Assembly (NCBI GenBank): GCA_041658665.1
Contig: JBAZZR010000002.1
Location: 243,437-307,436, forward strand
Source of the DNA: Patescibacteria group bacterium
Lineage (GTDB): Bacteria; Patescibacteriota; Patescibacteriia; Patescibacteriales; UBA12465
Reading direction: 5' to 3'
DNA: 64,000 nt
Position numbers and translations under genes: made by a program
Shown: piece after piece, positions 9,435 to 18,706 of the stretch
Layout of the letters: each line of letters starts with the position of its first letter
How positions within the stretch are numbered: position 1 is the first letter of the stretch
The notes under the pieces: generated by a model
Seen by the model: the letters and a program-made list of their open reading frames with translations, nothing else
Told to the model about the DNA's origin: nothing
The model's database searches: none

Positions 9435-10172
9435 TTAAGGGCGCAAAGTCGCCTTAAGGGCATACTTTTTCCCTCCGTCATAATAATTGACTCCTGGCGC
9501 CACCTTCATAGACAGCGATCTAGACTGCCCCTCATAGCGCCCCTGAGTTCGACAGGTAATCGTATACCAACCAGGCGTTGGTAAAACAAATTCCGGACTC
9601 TTACGATTATCCTTATTATCAAGGATAAAATAAACATGAAACCCGAATGAGTTACTTACCTCAACCGACAAAGTCTCAACATTAGGATTAGCATTTTCGA
9701 TAATCCCAATTAAAGAATCTTGGCGATTCCCCTGGCTTAAATATTTAATGTTCATGTACGCTCCAGCAATTTCGCTAGGATTATCCCCTGTTAGGCGTAC
9801 ATAATCATCCTCCATCGTAGATTGAGTTAGTAGAGAGTTGATTTTCTCCGTTAGCTCTCCTACTTTTGTCTGATAGAAACGAACTAGCGAATCATTTTCG
9901 CTAATTATAATCCCAGCCCGATTTACCAATACTTTATTACCGAGAACTGAGTCTCTATCAGCCAGCTCTTGCAACTCTCCCTCCTCTACACGCAATTTTT
10001 TGATTTTTGACTCGTAATTATTAATCTCTTGAGTCAAAATATCGATTGTCTTTTGAATATCCCCCGAACTTTTTTGACCGAAACCCATATAAGATAGCGG
10101 GGTAGAGGAACAACCGATGGAAAAAAATGCTAACAAGGCAACAAACACGGACAATAAACTGAACTTTTTCAT
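9435..10172 (-). CDS. Hypothetical lipoprotein with coiled coil and beta-rich C-terminal domain
   Basis: MKK + hydrophobic stretch + SIG-C lipobox; heptad-like region. Confidence 0.55.
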   Translation of the reverse strand: MKKFSLLSVFVALLAFFSIGCSSTPLSYMGFGQKSSGDIQKTIDILTQEINNYESKIKKLRVEEGELQELADRDSVLGNKVLVNRAGIIISENDSLVRFYQTKVGELTEKINSLLTQSTMEDDYVRLTGDNPSEIAGAYMNIKYLSQGNRQDSLIGIIENANPNVETLSVEVSNSFGFHVYFILDNKDNRKSPEFVLPTPGWYTITCRTQGRYEGQSRSLSMKVAPGVNYYDGGKKYALKATLRP

Positions 10173-10433
10173 TTTAGATCTCCTAAAGATTAATTGATAT
10201 TTATTATTATTAAAAAACTAATTATATTATCTATAATTCATTTTGATTCGATGATTTATACTAACATGATTAATAAATACTGTCAATAATCTTATCCCCA
10301 AACAATCCCCAGCTACTATTGACTAATAACAAAGGAAGTGCTAAACTGATTAGTCAAGAAAATCCCTGCTTTAATATCATGTATTTTCATTATGATAGAG
10401 TAGGGGTTTTTTAATTTAGCTAATACGTAATAT

Positions 10434-11060
10434 ATGAAGATTCTTAAAATAATACAGGAGGAAATAGTGCCTCTCAGTAGTAGGCAGAATATCATTTTAT
10501 TAGTAATAATTGCCTGTCTCTTTCAATTTGTCCTCTTTTATACCCCAGTTTTAGCCGCTACAGCGGTCGCGACGGCTAATGCCGATAATTCTGAACTGAT
10601 TATCACTGACCAACTAACAAAGTCGCTTCTACCAGCCGAAGGGCTAACTAACGCAGTCCCGAACAAAGCTGAAGACAATATTATTAAAGACACTCCTAGC
10701 GACATAGTCGATATAAAAAACGACGCCACGCCCAAAACGGCGCCTGAACCAAAAATAATTAGGGTCAGCACTCATGTAATAACGGCTTATAACTCGGAAG
10801 TAGCCCAAACCGATAGCGACCCTTGTACAACTGCTAACGGATTTAATCTTTGTAAAAATAATCAAGAAGACACGGTCGCCGCTAACTTCTTGAAATTCGG
10901 TACTAAAATAAAAATACCAGAGTTATTTGGCGATAAAGTTTTTGTGGTCCGCGACAGAATGAACAAAAGACATAGTAATCGTTTAGACGTTTGGATGAAA
11001 AATCACCAAGATGCAATTAATTTCGGCGTTAAAACGGCGCAAATACAGGTTCTAGAATAA
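10434..11060 (+). CDS. 3D-domain (MltA-like) cell-wall protein
   Basis: 'TAYNS...QTDSDP..TA.G', 'VAAN.L.FGT', 'VRDRM', 'LDVW'. Confidence 0.8.
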   Translation: MKILKIIQEEIVPLSSRQNIILLVIIACLFQFVLFYTPVLAATAVATANADNSELIITDQLTKSLLPAEGLTNAVPNKAEDNIIKDTPSDIVDIKNDATPKTAPEPKIIRVSTHVITAYNSEVAQTDSDPCTTANGFNLCKNNQEDTVAANFLKFGTKIKIPELFGDKVFVVRDRMNKRHSNRLDVWMKNHQDAINFGVKTAQIQVLE

Positions 11061-11080
11061 ATTAATAATTTTTAAATCAC

Positions 11081-11114
11081 AAAATACCCTCGGCCTAAAA
11101 ACCGAGGGTATTTT
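11081..11114. terminator. Bidirectional intrinsic terminator
   Basis: AAAATACCCTCGG-cctaaaaa-CCGAGGGTATTTT. Confidence 0.8.
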
Positions 11115-11143
11115 GATTAAGTAAACGTTCGCTTGCTAATAAC

Positions 11144-13555
11144 CTAAAAAAATAAATTAAGAATTCCCCGGCTTCGCCTCAATTCTTTTTCTTTCTTAAC
11201 AATTGCTAAAGTAGTAGCAATAACCGTATCCGGATTTAAGGACAGACTATCAATTCCCTCGGCCACTAAAAATTCAGCGAAGTCGGGAAAATCGCTCGGG
11301 CCCTGGCCACAAATTCCTACTTTACGACGATATTTTTTAGCCGTTTTAATTAATTGGTGAATTAATTCCTTAACCGCTTCATTTTTCTCATTAGCGACGC
11401 CGGCCACACCTAGTAGACCACCTGAATCACGATCTATTCCTAAAGTTAACTGCGTCAAATCGTTAGAGCCAATAGAAAAACCATCAAAAATCTGACAAAA
11501 TTTCTCCGCCAAGATAATATTAGAAGGAATTTCCGCCATGACATAAATCTCTAAACCATTATGGCCGCGTCGTAAACCATTTTGCGCCATTATTTCCTGA
11601 ACTTTTTTGCCCTCTTCAATGGTTCGACAAAAAGGTACCATAATCTTCAAATTTTTAAGACCCATATCCTCTCGCACCTTTTTAATAGCTCGGCATTCTA
11701 ACTCAAAGGCCGGTAAAAACTGGGGAGAATAATACCGACTAGCGCCGCGCCAACCAATCATCGGGTTTGATTCTAGCGGCTCATAAGCTTTTCCGCCAAT
11801 CAAATTAGCATATTCGTTCGTCTTGAAATCACTTAAACGCAAAATAACATCTTTCGGATAATAAGCGGCGGCAATAGTCGCCACGCCCTGTACTAAACGA
11901 TCAACAAAATATTGAGACTTATCTTGATAACCAACCGTTAAATTAGCAATTTCTTTTTTTACTTTCTGATCAGTTAAACGCTGATAATTAATCAGGGCTA
12001 AGGGATGAATTTTAATATAACTATTAATAATAAACTCTAAACGAGCTAAACCGACGCCATCATTAGGGATAAAAGAATTAGTGAAAGCTAAATCGGGCTC
12101 AGCAATATTCATCATTATTTTGGTTTTAGGTTTTTTAAAACCTTTAATATCGGTTTTTTTAATTTGAAAAGGCAGCTTACCCTCATAAACTATAGCCTCC
12201 TCACCGCCGGAGCAATCTACTGTGACTAATTGTCCACTTTTTATTTTTAATGAAGCTCTCCCCGTCCCCACTACACAGGGAATACCTAATTCTCTAGAAA
12301 TAATAGCCGCATGACAAGTCCGGCCGCCTTTATCCGTTACGATAGCCGAAGCAATTTTCATAATCGGCTCCCAGTCTGGATCAGTCATATCCGTTACTAA
12401 AATTTGGCCCGCTTTAAATTTACTAATATCCTTAACACTTATTAAACGATTAGCTGCCCCCGAAGCTATTTTACTGCCAACGCTTTGGCCGGTGATAATT
12501 ACCTTTCCTTTCTTCTCTAAGTGATAACTTTCAATAAATTGATAATTTCTCTGGCTCTGAACAGTTTCTGGACGAGCCTGAATAATATAGATATCTTGGG
12601 TCTGCCCATCAACCGCAAATTCAATATCCATCGGCCGCTTGTAATGTTCCTCAATCAACATTCCCCACTGAGCGAGCCGAACAACCTGCTTATCGCTTAA
12701 AGAGGGCTTTAATTGTTCACTAGGAGTAACCGGCACATTTTTAACAGGCGTCTTTCCTTTTAAGTTATAAACCATTTTAATATTTTTCCGGCTTAAACTC
12801 CGAGAAATAATAGCCTTAGTTGGCTTAAAAAAATAAAATTCATCAGGCGTAACGTGCCCCTGGACAATATTCTCCCCTAAACCAAAAATGGAGTTGATTA
12901 AAACAACGTTTTTGAAGCCAGATTCTGTATCAATAGTAAACATGACGCCAGATGAACCTAAATCTGAGCGCACCATTTTTTGAACACCCACTGATAAAGC
13001 AATAGAGAAATGATTAAATTTTTTATCAACTCGGTAGGAAATCGCCCGATCGGTGAATAAAGAAGCCACGCATTTTCTCACCGCTAATAATAAATCTCGC
13101 TCGCCGCTTACATTTAAAAAAGTTTCCTGTTGTCCGGCGAAAGAGGCATCTGGCAAATCTTCAGCCGTCGCACTGGAGCGAACAGCGACCGCTAAATTTT
13201 TAGTTTTATATTCACGAGAGAGCTTTTGATAAGCTTGAGCGACTGCCTGTTGTAAATTAAGTGGCAATTCGGTAGAAATAATTAATTTTCTGATCGCCGC
13301 TCCCCGCTTAGCCAAATCCTTAACATCCCTTTTATCCAAACCAGACAGAATCTTCCTTATTTTTTGTTTAAGACCAGTCGATTCTAAAAAGTATCGATAA
13401 GCGGCGGCACTGGTTGCAAAACCATTCGGGACTTTAATCCCCTGCTTACTTAAATGACTATACATTTCACCGAGCGAAGCATTTTTCCCGCCAACAACCG
13501 GGACGTCTTTAAGTGATAATTCCTTAAAAAAATAAAGCAACTTTTGATTAAACAT
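11144..13555 (-). CDS. ppsA: Phosphoenolpyruvate synthase
   Basis: 'GGKNASLGEM', 'AVRSSATAEDLPDASFAGQQET', 'GGRTCHAAI', 'FSIGSNDLTQ'. Confidence 0.97.
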   Translation of the reverse strand: MFNQKLLYFFKELSLKDVPVVGGKNASLGEMYSHLSKQGIKVPNGFATSAAAYRYFLESTGLKQKIRKILSGLDKRDVKDLAKRGAAIRKLIISTELPLNLQQAVAQAYQKLSREYKTKNLAVAVRSSATAEDLPDASFAGQQETFLNVSGERDLLLAVRKCVASLFTDRAISYRVDKKFNHFSIALSVGVQKMVRSDLGSSGVMFTIDTESGFKNVVLINSIFGLGENIVQGHVTPDEFYFFKPTKAIISRSLSRKNIKMVYNLKGKTPVKNVPVTPSEQLKPSLSDKQVVRLAQWGMLIEEHYKRPMDIEFAVDGQTQDIYIIQARPETVQSQRNYQFIESYHLEKKGKVIITGQSVGSKIASGAANRLISVKDISKFKAGQILVTDMTDPDWEPIMKIASAIVTDKGGRTCHAAIISRELGIPCVVGTGRASLKIKSGQLVTVDCSGGEEAIVYEGKLPFQIKKTDIKGFKKPKTKIMMNIAEPDLAFTNSFIPNDGVGLARLEFIINSYIKIHPLALINYQRLTDQKVKKEIANLTVGYQDKSQYFVDRLVQGVATIAAAYYPKDVILRLSDFKTNEYANLIGGKAYEPLESNPMIGWRGASRYYSPQFLPAFELECRAIKKVREDMGLKNLKIMVPFCRTIEEGKKVQEIMAQNGLRRGHNGLEIYVMAEIPSNIILAEKFCQIFDGFSIGSNDLTQLTLGIDRDSGGLLGVAGVANEKNEAVKELIHQLIKTAKKYRRKVGICGQGPSDFPDFAEFLVAEGIDSLSLNPDTVIATTLAIVKKEKELRRSRGILNLFF

Positions 13556-13667
13556 AAAAATTATTTTAATTTAATTTCCTAAGTGAATTATAACACAAAC
13601 TTTACTTTATAAAAATAATTGTTTAAGATAGAATAGATTGATAGGGTAAAAATAAATAAGAAAAATT

Positions 13668-13749
13668 GCGGACGTGGCGAAACTGGTAGACGCACTTGGC
13701 TTAGGACCAAGCGGGGCAACTCTTGAGAGTTCGAGTCTCTCCGTCCGCA
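13668..13749 (+). tRNA. tRNA-Leu(TAG)
   Basis: Cloverleaf GCGGACG...CGTCCGC-A, anticodon loop CTTAGGA, long variable arm. Confidence 0.93.
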
Positions 13750-13818
13750 CTAAAAAATAGAGGCAACTGGCCTCTATTTTGTTTGCTAGCCCCAGGGCTA
13801 ATCTGCTAAAATTAAAAT

Positions 13819-14646
13819 ATGTTTAACTTACTACATAATTTTCATCCCCAAGCCTTAATTTTCTCTAGTGGCTTTCTTAGAATCCATTGGTATGGTCTAT
13901 TTATGGTGTTAGGAATCCTAGCGGCCTTGGCTCTAATTTTTTATCTTAATAAATATTACCAACTCAACAAAGACAAACTCTTTGATCTCGGATTCTGGCT
14001 AATAATTTGGGGGTTAGTAGGAGCCAGGCTATATGATATCGGCTTGCAGCTGCCTTATTATCTCAACCATCCCGCCCAGATGGTTAAAGTTTGGGAAGGG
14101 GGGCTAGCCATCCACGGCGCTATCATTGCCGGAACGATCGTCACCCTAATTTTTGCCTATCGTCAAAAAATTAATTTTTGGAAATTAAGTTCCTTGTTAG
14201 TCCCTGGCTTAGCCCTCGCCCAAGCTTTCGGTCGTTGGGGAAACTATTTTAATCAGGAAATATTCGGCCAACCAACCAGTCTCCCTTGGGGAATCCCTAT
14301 TGATTTAGTGAACCGCCCTCTAGACTACTTAAACTATAATTACTTTCACCCGACTTTTCTCTACGAAAGTTTAGGTTGTCTCATTATCAGTATAATCCTC
14401 ATCTATTCAAACCTAAAAATGATAAAAAAGCACCGCTTGAATAAACTTTTTTTTGTTTGGTCAACTGCTTTATATATGATATTATATTCTATATTGAGGT
14501 TTACTCTCGAATTTATCCGTTTAGACGAAACCCCTCTCATTCTCGGGATACGTTGGCCCCAAATAATCAGCTTAATCTTAATTTTACTATCTATCTTTTT
14601 ATTATTATATTTCAAAAACCATGCTAAAACAAAAGAAAACTGTTAA
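13819..14646 (+). CDS. lgt: Prolipoprotein diacylglyceryl transferase
   Basis: 'IHWYG', 'GARL', 'WEGGLAIHG', 'GRWGNYFNQE..G', 'HPTFLYES'. Confidence 0.95.
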   Translation: MFNLLHNFHPQALIFSSGFLRIHWYGLFMVLGILAALALIFYLNKYYQLNKDKLFDLGFWLIIWGLVGARLYDIGLQLPYYLNHPAQMVKVWEGGLAIHGAIIAGTIVTLIFAYRQKINFWKLSSLLVPGLALAQAFGRWGNYFNQEIFGQPTSLPWGIPIDLVNRPLDYLNYNYFHPTFLYESLGCLIISIILIYSNLKMIKKHRLNKLFFVWSTALYMILYSILRFTLEFIRLDETPLILGIRWPQIISLILILLSIFLLLYFKNHAKTKENC

Positions 14647-15802
14647 AAAAAATAAAAAACAGTTAAGCACTCTATACTTTTTGGGTCTATTGCTGGCGAT
14701 TTCGAGCGCCTTACCCGCCTATATTCAATCAAATTTCCTAGGGGAATTTGTCAGCGTCTCCGTCGCTAGTTTATTTTTTGTTCTCGCTAATGGGCTCAGT
14801 GTTCTCGCTATTCTCTTTTTCCCTAAATTAATCGAAAAACTCAGTAATTATTTTCTCACTCAAGTAATTCTCATTCTCCACACTACCGCTCTTCTCGGCT
14901 TAAGCATCGCCGATAACTCCATCTTTGCTTTAATTTCCATCGTTCTTTTTTCGGTTAGTTCGAATCTTATTTGGATAAACATGGATATCTTAGTAGAAAG
15001 TTTCTCCGCCAATAACTCGACCGGTCGAACAAGGACTATTTATTTTACCTTCATCAACGCGGGTTGGATTTTATCTCCCGCTCTAACGACTTATCTCATC
15101 GGCAAAGGTAATTATTCTCTTTCTTTTTTAATTGCCGCCGCTCTCAGCCTTCCCTTCTTTTTTATTCTTCTGCGCCAAGGCCGCCAGCTTAAAGATAAAA
15201 TTAAATATAAAAAAGAAAATTTGATGATCACTTTCAAAAAAATGTGGGGTAATAAAAATTTACGGGGCATTTTTTTTATTTCTATTTTAATCCAATTATT
15301 TTACAGTTCGGCCGTTCTATACGTTCCCCTCTATTTAATACAAAACATGGGAATGAGCTGGACAGTTTTAGGGCCAATATTTTCCGTAATGCTCATCCCC
15401 TTTCTCGTCTTAGAAATACCGGCTGGCATACTGGCTGATAAATATATCGGGGAAAAGGAAATATTATTTGGGGGATTCCTAATTTTAATAATTTCTCTAT
15501 TTTTATTTTATTATATTAAAACGGCGGACATTTGGCTCTGGACAATCGTATTATTTGCCAGTCGCGTCGGCGCGGCTTTAGTAGAAGCGATGAAAGAAAC
15601 CTACTTTTTCAAAATAGTAGACGCCGAAAATGTTGCTTGTATTAATATTTTCCGCACCGCCACCCCTTTAGCTTATGTCCTGGGCTCTTGCTTAGCGATA
15701 ATTACCCTGATGTTCTTCCCTCTTAACTACTTGTTTCTACTACTATCCATCATTATGTTACTTGGATTTGGCTTTGTCGCCGCGATTAAAGATACCAAAT
15801 AA
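14621..15802 (+). CDS. MFS transporter
   Basis: About 12 TM helices; 'PAGILADKYIGEK' MFS motif. Confidence 0.8.
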   Translation: MLKQKKTVKKNKKQLSTLYFLGLLLAISSALPAYIQSNFLGEFVSVSVASLFFVLANGLSVLAILFFPKLIEKLSNYFLTQVILILHTTALLGLSIADNSIFALISIVLFSVSSNLIWINMDILVESFSANNSTGRTRTIYFTFINAGWILSPALTTYLIGKGNYSLSFLIAAALSLPFFFILLRQGRQLKDKIKYKKENLMITFKKMWGNKNLRGIFFISILIQLFYSSAVLYVPLYLIQNMGMSWTVLGPIFSVMLIPFLVLEIPAGILADKYIGEKEILFGGFLILIISLFLFYYIKTADIWLWTIVLFASRVGAALVEAMKETYFFKIVDAENVACINIFRTATPLAYVLGSCLAIITLMFFPLNYLFLLLSIIMLLGFGFVAAIKDTK

Positions 15803-15879
15803 TAATTGACTTACCGGATATTTTTTTATATTATAATCAAGCATCTGGTTAAAGAGACTGATCGAGATTAATTAATTAG

Positions 15880-15954
15880 GCGGGTATCGTATAGTGGTTA
15901 TTATGTCAGCCTTCCAAGCTGAAGATGGCGGTTCGATTCCGCTTGCCCGCTCCA
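15880..15954 (+). tRNA. tRNA-Gly(TCC)
   Basis: GCGGGTA...TGCCCGC-TCCA, anticodon loop CTTCCAA. Confidence 0.93.
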
Positions 15955-16015
15955 CTGACCTCAAACAAAAATAGGCTTAAAAGCCTATTTTTGCTATAAC
16001 GAATAACTATCATCT

Positions 16016-16720
16016 TTAATATTTACCAAAATCATACTTAACAATTTTCTTCTTAATCTTAATATTAAATAAAGTAAAAATACCCATACTGAACCATTTA
16101 AAACATAACTTAAGCTCTCCCTCTTTCTCTAGCCGTCGCGCTGAAAACAGAATACGGCTAGAGCTAATCATTCGAAATTTTCCTTGAGTCGCTAGACGAT
16201 TACAATAATCAAAATCTTCCGCTACATAAATTCCGACATCAAACCCCTTAATCGCTTCATGCCCGGATTTTTTTGCTAATATAGCGGCGCCGGCTCCTAC
16301 CGGAGAAAAATATTGTCGCGCCCTGGAAAAAATATTAAAAAGAGTAGAATAAATATAGTAATGGGTTTTACTAGGATTAAAACGAATATAAAAAGCGGCG
16401 CCTATTAAATCTAAAGCAATAAATTCTTTTAAAGATTTAGCTAAAAAATTTTCTGGCAAAACGGAATCGGCATCCAAAAATAATAAAATATCTCCCTGAG
16501 CCACCGCCGCGCCATTATTCCTTTGCCAAGCGGGATGATGATGTTCGGTGTCCGTTATAAATAAACAATTATTATCCAAAGCAATCTGTTTAGTTTTGTC
16601 TAAAGATCCTCCGTCAGAAACAATAATTTCGTAGTCTAAAAAATTTTGGGCTCGAATAGAGGCGAGTAATCGAGGCAAATATTTTTCTTCATTTAAAGTA
16701 GGGATAATGATTGATAACAT
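16016..16720 (-). CDS. GT2 glycosyltransferase
   Basis: 'SIIIPTLNEE', 'IIVSDGGS.D.T', 'QRNNGA', 'FLDAD', 'ED'. Confidence 0.88.
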   Translation of the reverse strand: MLSIIIPTLNEEKYLPRLLASIRAQNFLDYEIIVSDGGSLDKTKQIALDNNCLFITDTEHHHPAWQRNNGAAVAQGDILLFLDADSVLPENFLAKSLKEFIALDLIGAAFYIRFNPSKTHYYIYSTLFNIFSRARQYFSPVGAGAAILAKKSGHEAIKGFDVGIYVAEDFDYCNRLATQGKFRMISSSRILFSARRLEKEGELKLCFKWFSMGIFTLFNIKIKKKIVKYDFGKY

Positions 16721-16725
16721 AAAAA

Positions 16726-17766
16726 TTACTTAAAAATTCCCCTCGCTAACTCCCAATAACTTTTATCACCATTTTTATATTGATAATACCACCATTCTAC
16801 GCCCCATAAATAAGTTTTCTGAAAATTAATATTAATGGCGTACTGCAAGTTAGCTTTAAATTGTGACAAACTAAATGATTTTTTAATTTCTGCCGGCGAC
16901 AAATAAATAATATTCCCGTTAGGTACCCAAGGCTCAGCTTGTAGCTCAATAACGAGACGTTTATCCGGCTTAATTCCCGCCAAATAAGCTTTAAATTGAT
17001 AAAACCAGGCCGGGATTGGATAACGCAGATAACCTAATTTAGAACTCCAAACAACGCGATAGACTGTACTACCGAATATATCCGCATATTTAGCTTCTTG
17101 GCGCCAATAACTTAATTCCCCCGTAGCGGAAACTATAATTGGCCGGCTATCTAATTGTTTAACTAAATCAAATTCCCGCTTAAAAAAATCTTCATCACCG
17201 GCCGGACAAACGCCAAAGGCATCAAAAAACGGTTCATTTTCCAACTGCCAAGAAATAATTGCCGCTTCATTTTTATAATGACTCACAACCTGTCCCAACA
17301 TACTTAGCGCCCTGGCTTGAGTAGCCGCCAAACTTTTTTTCTGAGCCCATTGAGGAGCATGACATTCTGGCCAGCGCGGTAGACGCCAACCAATATTTAC
17401 AATAAAACGGACATTACGCTTAGCGCCCTCCCTAATAATATAATCATACTGTGAAAAATCATAATTATCCCTTACCTTTTCAATTTCATCCCAATAAATC
17501 GGCAACCTAATTTCTTTCACCTGCAGATCGTCTAAAATAGCCGAATATACTTCTTTCCAGTCTAGGCCTATTTCCGAACAAAACTTAGTAGAAAAAGTTA
17601 CCCCAAAAAAATCTGAGCGATGCTTTAAATCCTGCGCCAGTGGATAGTTACTGGCTAGTTTAAAAAAATAAATCAACAAAATAAAAAAAATAAACCCCGT
17701 TATTGGCCAAAATTTAAAAAAATTTTTTATTCTCTGAATATTTTTTAACTGAATATCTTTTAACAT
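16726..17766 (-). CDS. Membrane-anchored clan GH-A glycoside hydrolase (GH5/GH42-like)
   Basis: N-terminal TM; 'RLPIYWDEIE', 'WQLENEP' acid/base, 'IELQAEPW'. Confidence 0.7.
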   Translation of the reverse strand: MLKDIQLKNIQRIKNFFKFWPITGFIFFILLIYFFKLASNYPLAQDLKHRSDFFGVTFSTKFCSEIGLDWKEVYSAILDDLQVKEIRLPIYWDEIEKVRDNYDFSQYDYIIREGAKRNVRFIVNIGWRLPRWPECHAPQWAQKKSLAATQARALSMLGQVVSHYKNEAAIISWQLENEPFFDAFGVCPAGDEDFFKREFDLVKQLDSRPIIVSATGELSYWRQEAKYADIFGSTVYRVVWSSKLGYLRYPIPAWFYQFKAYLAGIKPDKRLVIELQAEPWVPNGNIIYLSPAEIKKSFSLSQFKANLQYAININFQKTYLWGVEWWYYQYKNGDKSYWELARGIFK

Positions 17767-17767
17767 A

Positions 17768-18703
17768 TTAATTAATTATACAATACAGTCCTAACCCAAT
17801 AATCACTACGGCGCTCAATTTTTTGAAAAAGACTGGCCAGGAAAAAGTTTCTTTCAATAACTTAGGTGATAAAAGGGCCAACCCGGTACCGATAATCAAT
17901 AAAAAAGCATATTGCGCCCCCTGCAAAGCATTGACTAAGGCGACGGAACCTAAAAAAATAGCGTAATTTTGCAAAAGGAAACCCAGGGAGCCAAGTAATT
18001 GATTAAAAAAAACCAAAACCTGGTTCCGACGAGAGGCGCTCTTATAAAACTGACTTATAATTATTCGGCGCTCCGACTTTGATATCAAAAAAAGTATTAC
18101 TAGTAAAGCCGCTCCTAAACGATTCCACATAAAGACACTTAGAAACGGTTGCGTACTATATAAAAATTTAGTACTCAGAAAATACGTCGAATAGGCTAAA
18201 GCCGCTAATACGGCGAAACCAAAACCGCCAATTTTTATTTCTTGAGTCAATCGTAATTTATTAAATACTCGACTCGCATAACTCCGCTGGACTGGTAAAA
18301 AAGCGACAATTAATATCCCTATCAACAAAAACAGAAAGCCTAAAAACTGCCAGGCTGAAAAATGTTCTTTAAAAAATAACAGAGAAAATAGAATAGAAAA
18401 AACCGGCGTTAAACCGCCGACTAATATTAATATCCGAGACGCTTCGCCACGATATAAAGCTTCAAATAAAAACCAAATAGCTAAAGCAAAAATTGCCCCC
18501 GCCATCAGATCGCCAAAAAATAACCCCCAACCTGGCCAACTTAAAAACCAAGGCGCCAACAAAAAAACTAGCAAACCAAAGACACAAACAATAAAAGCGT
18601 AGGCACGGGAACTTTTAACCACCTGATCGACTAAAAATTTATCTAATAAATTAGCAAAAGCTAAAATTAAATAAGCGCTAAGAGCAATAAAAATCCAAGA
18701 CAT
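17768..18703 (-). CDS. EamA/DMT family transporter
   Basis: About 10 TM helices in two repeats; 'TPVF..L...LFFKE' motif. Confidence 0.8.
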   Translation of the reverse strand: MSWIFIALSAYLILAFANLLDKFLVDQVVKSSRAYAFIVCVFGLLVFLLAPWFLSWPGWGLFFGDLMAGAIFALAIWFLFEALYRGEASRILILVGGLTPVFSILFSLLFFKEHFSAWQFLGFLFLLIGILIVAFLPVQRSYASRVFNKLRLTQEIKIGGFGFAVLAALAYSTYFLSTKFLYSTQPFLSVFMWNRLGAALLVILFLISKSERRIIISQFYKSASRRNQVLVFFNQLLGSLGFLLQNYAIFLGSVALVNALQGAQYAFLLIIGTGLALLSPKLLKETFSWPVFFKKLSAVVIIGLGLYCIIN

Positions 18704-18706
18704 AAA

